IMG/VR virus record: IMGVR_UViG_3300045988_081349
Location: 1-41,331 of that record
Length of the DNA: 41,331 nucleotides
Strand: one strand, 5' to 3'
Source of the DNA: a virus
Part shown: positions 39,878-41,331 of the stretch, one piece after another
Layout: every line of letters begins with the position of its first letter
Numbering within the stretch: position 1 is the first letter of the stretch
Position numbers and translations under genes: made by a program
Notes under the pieces: generated by a model
Told to the model about the DNA's origin: nothing
What the model saw: the letters and a program-made list of their open reading frames with translations, nothing else
The model's database searches: none

Positions 39878-40711
39878 ATGAGCGATAAACTTGCTGCTAT
39901 ATACATAAGAGTGAGTACACTAGACCAGGCCAGGGAGGGATACTCCCTGGAGGCCCAGGAAGAAACTTTGCGCAAGTGGTGCAAAGACCATAAATATGAG
40001 GTATATGATCTATATGCAGACCGTGGTATATCGGGAAAAGATATAGACCATAGGCCAGACATGCGCCGATTGCTACTCGATGCTAAGGCAAATAAATTCG
40101 GTGTGGTAGTCTTTTGGGCTTTGAGTAGGTTTACCAGATCTGTATCCGACCTCTATCATACAATGGAGGTACTGCAGTCGCACGGAATTGGCATGGTATC
40201 ATATACAGAGGCTTTTGATACATCGACTCCTATGGGACGTGCTATGTTCGGGGTCGTTGGCGTGTTCGCCCAGTTGGAGCGTGAGCTCACAGGAGAGCGT
40301 GTGCGAGCTGCAATGCTGGTACGCGCTGAACAAGGTAAGAGGACATGCTCCGAAATACTAGGTTATGATATCAATGGGAAAGATAGTTTTAAAATTAATA
40401 AAAAAGAGGCAGAATATGTAAAATTTTGCTTTGAAAAATATCTTGTCTACAAGAATCTCAGCCAAGTAGCAGAAATATGCCGCAAGCTGGGGTATAAAGG
40501 AAAACGCGGGAAAGAGCCAACGGCATATACGGTATATGTCATCCTCACAAGGCCGCAGTATTGTGGATATAACACATACTGCGGGAATATATACAAGGGA
40601 AATTACGAGCCATTAATAAGCGTCGAAATCTTTAACAAGGTGCAGCGCCTATTGAAGATGCAAGGCAAAATTGTTGGCAGAAACCGTATCAAACCGATAT
40701 CTGGGATATAA
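39878..40711 (+). CDS. Serine recombinase: resolvase catalytic domain plus 'recombinase' domain, lacking the zinc-ribbon/coiled-coil C-terminus of large serine integrases
   Basis: AAIYIRVSTLDQ provides the catalytic Ser. SGKDIDHRPDMRRLL and FAQLERELTGERV are also present, followed by the recombinase-domain pattern ILGYD...YVILTRPQYCGY...YEPLISVEIFNKVQ. The ORF ends at 277 aa, where the zinc ribbon normally begins. Confidence 0.8.
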   Translation: MSDKLAAIYIRVSTLDQAREGYSLEAQEETLRKWCKDHKYEVYDLYADRGISGKDIDHRPDMRRLLLDAKANKFGVVVFWALSRFTRSVSDLYHTMEVLQSHGIGMVSYTEAFDTSTPMGRAMFGVVGVFAQLERELTGERVRAAMLVRAEQGKRTCSEILGYDINGKDSFKINKKEAEYVKFCFEKYLVYKNLSQVAEICRKLGYKGKRGKEPTAYTVYVILTRPQYCGYNTYCGNIYKGNYEPLISVEIFNKVQRLLKMQGKIVGRNRIKPISGI

Positions 40712-40786
40712 ACAATAAAAGGTCGAGCAATGTACTGGGGCGCAACTCCCCCGGCGACCCATAGGCTTACAAGTCAGGAGAATAAC

Positions 40787-41002
40787 ATGAAAAAATATAG
40801 TAAAGATGATTTTAAGAGTATGATCGATGATTTTTTAGCAGATCACGCAGATGAGTACGAGGACGATCCATTAAAAATTGAAGAGCCAGAGCAGGACGAT
40901 GATGGCTGCTGGAGTTGCGCTGCGGAGGACTCTAAAACGCGTTATGCTTTGTCTGATGATGGGATTGGTAATATCCAGATTGACTACATCGGCACAAAAT
41001 AA
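40787..41002 (+). CDS. Hypothetical highly acidic small protein
   Basis: The start MKKYSK has an AGGAG RBS, giving 71 aa that are very Asp/Glu-rich (DDFLADHADEYEDDPLKIEEPEQDDDG). Confidence 0.6.
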   Translation: MKKYSKDDFKSMIDDFLADHADEYEDDPLKIEEPEQDDDGCWSCAAEDSKTRYALSDDGIGNIQIDYIGTK

Positions 41003-41179
41003 GGAGGCTCGTACGGGTGCTGCACCTATAAAGACTGGAGAGTGATACCGACAAAGGATGATATCAACAGGGCAAAGACAGATAAAGAAAAAGAGTAACG
41101 CAAAACGGCCGACACCATTACAGTGCCGGCCGCCGTGTCGGATTAGAGGATACCCATACCTCCGGTTACAAAATTATGA

Positions 41180-41208
41180 TTGACAGGCCGAAGAAAAAAT
41201 TGTAAAAT
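41180..41208 (+). promoter_or_regulatory. Outward-facing promoter next to attR
   Basis: TTGACA (41180-41185), a 17-nt spacer, then TAAAAT (41203-41208). It points across attR. Confidence 0.5.
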
Positions 41209-41212
41209 ACCT

Positions 41213-41232
41213 AATGTATCAATTTCGTATCA
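41213..41232 (+). promoter_or_regulatory. Third copy of the arm-type motif (P arm)
   Basis: AATGTATCAATTTCGTATCA, compared with the copies at 144-163 and 174-193. Confidence 0.55.
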
Positions 41233-41284
41233 CGAGATTCTTACAAACCCCGCATTTATGCGGTTCCGTGGCAGTTAGGTAACA

Positions 41285-41331
41285 TGACTTTTAATCAAGT
41301 TGTCCGGGGTTCGAATCCCCGATGCTTCACT
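41285..41331. repeat. attR core: second copy of the 47-bp repeat (displaced 3' tRNA-Lys fragment)
   Basis: The copy is identical to 1-47. The upstream flank lacks a GAAGCAT acceptor strand, and identity breaks exactly inside the anticodon stem (CA instead of the CT needed to pair with TCAAG). Confidence 0.9.

Noticed and set aside
41240-41331. A complete second tRNA at the right end
   Set aside because: Only the 47-bp 3' portion matches. The upstream flank has no strand complementary to the ATGCTTC acceptor, and the anticodon stem is broken at the repeat boundary.

Overview
The window is one complete integrated temperate prophage of about 41.3 kb. It is siphovirus-type: it has a tape measure and a major tail protein but no sheath. 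A perfect 47-bp direct repeat bounds it (1-47 = 41285-41331). That repeat is the 3' part of a tRNA-Lys(UUU) gene, so these are attL and attR. Gene families (ImmA/ImmR-type switch, XkdX, YjcQ, TcdE-like holin) and strong AGGAGG ribosome-binding sites point to a Firmicutes/Clostridia-like host (inference).

Layout, left to right:
- 1-193: attL, a phage-supplied terminator and integrase arm-type sites.
- 191-1294 (-): tyrosine integrase.
- 1327-1657: terminators, a small-RNA promoter and a 27-aa holin-like toxin peptide.
- 1764-2816 (-): membrane-anchored Mrr-type nuclease.
- 2866-4165: ImmA protease, XRE repressor and divergent Cro-like gene, with TTGCG-N6-CGCAA operators.
- 4.2-14.9 kb: early, recombination and replication genes. 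These include a pentapeptide-repeat protein, YqaJ exonuclease, DUF1351, RecT, an Hjc-like nuclease, a DUF4373 replication organizer, an orphan C5 DNA methyltransferase and a sigma-region-4-like late activator.
- 15.0-23.3 kb: terminase small and large subunits, portal, a MuF-family protein with a C-terminal HExxH domain, a small moron block, scaffold and capsid.
- 23.3-32.3 kb: neck, tail, chaperones, tape measure, tail tip and tail lysin.
- 32.3-36.9 kb: an unusually large fibre locus with four collagen-like proteins.
- 36.9-38.4 kb: holin and CHAP endolysin.
- 38.4-41.2 kb: an AT-rich right-arm accessory module. It has a small HTH gene, three near-identical promoters, small-RNA-like units, unknown ORFs and a C-terminally short serine recombinase.

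The most unusual observation is a convergent, 3'-overlapping two-gene cassette. It pairs a roughly 67-aa rightward ORF with a roughly 77-aa leftward ORF that has an H..C..CxxC motif and its own promoter. The cassette occurs twice as diverged paralogs, once in the early region (4562-5048) and once between terminase and portal (16842-17318).

Other candidates for new biology:
- the zinc-ribbon/2-TM/Mrr nuclease between the integrase and the immunity genes;
- the type I toxin-antitoxin-like locus;
- the MuF-metalloprotease fusion;
- the HTH-controlled right-arm module.

All functional calls come from reading motifs by eye. No database search was possible.
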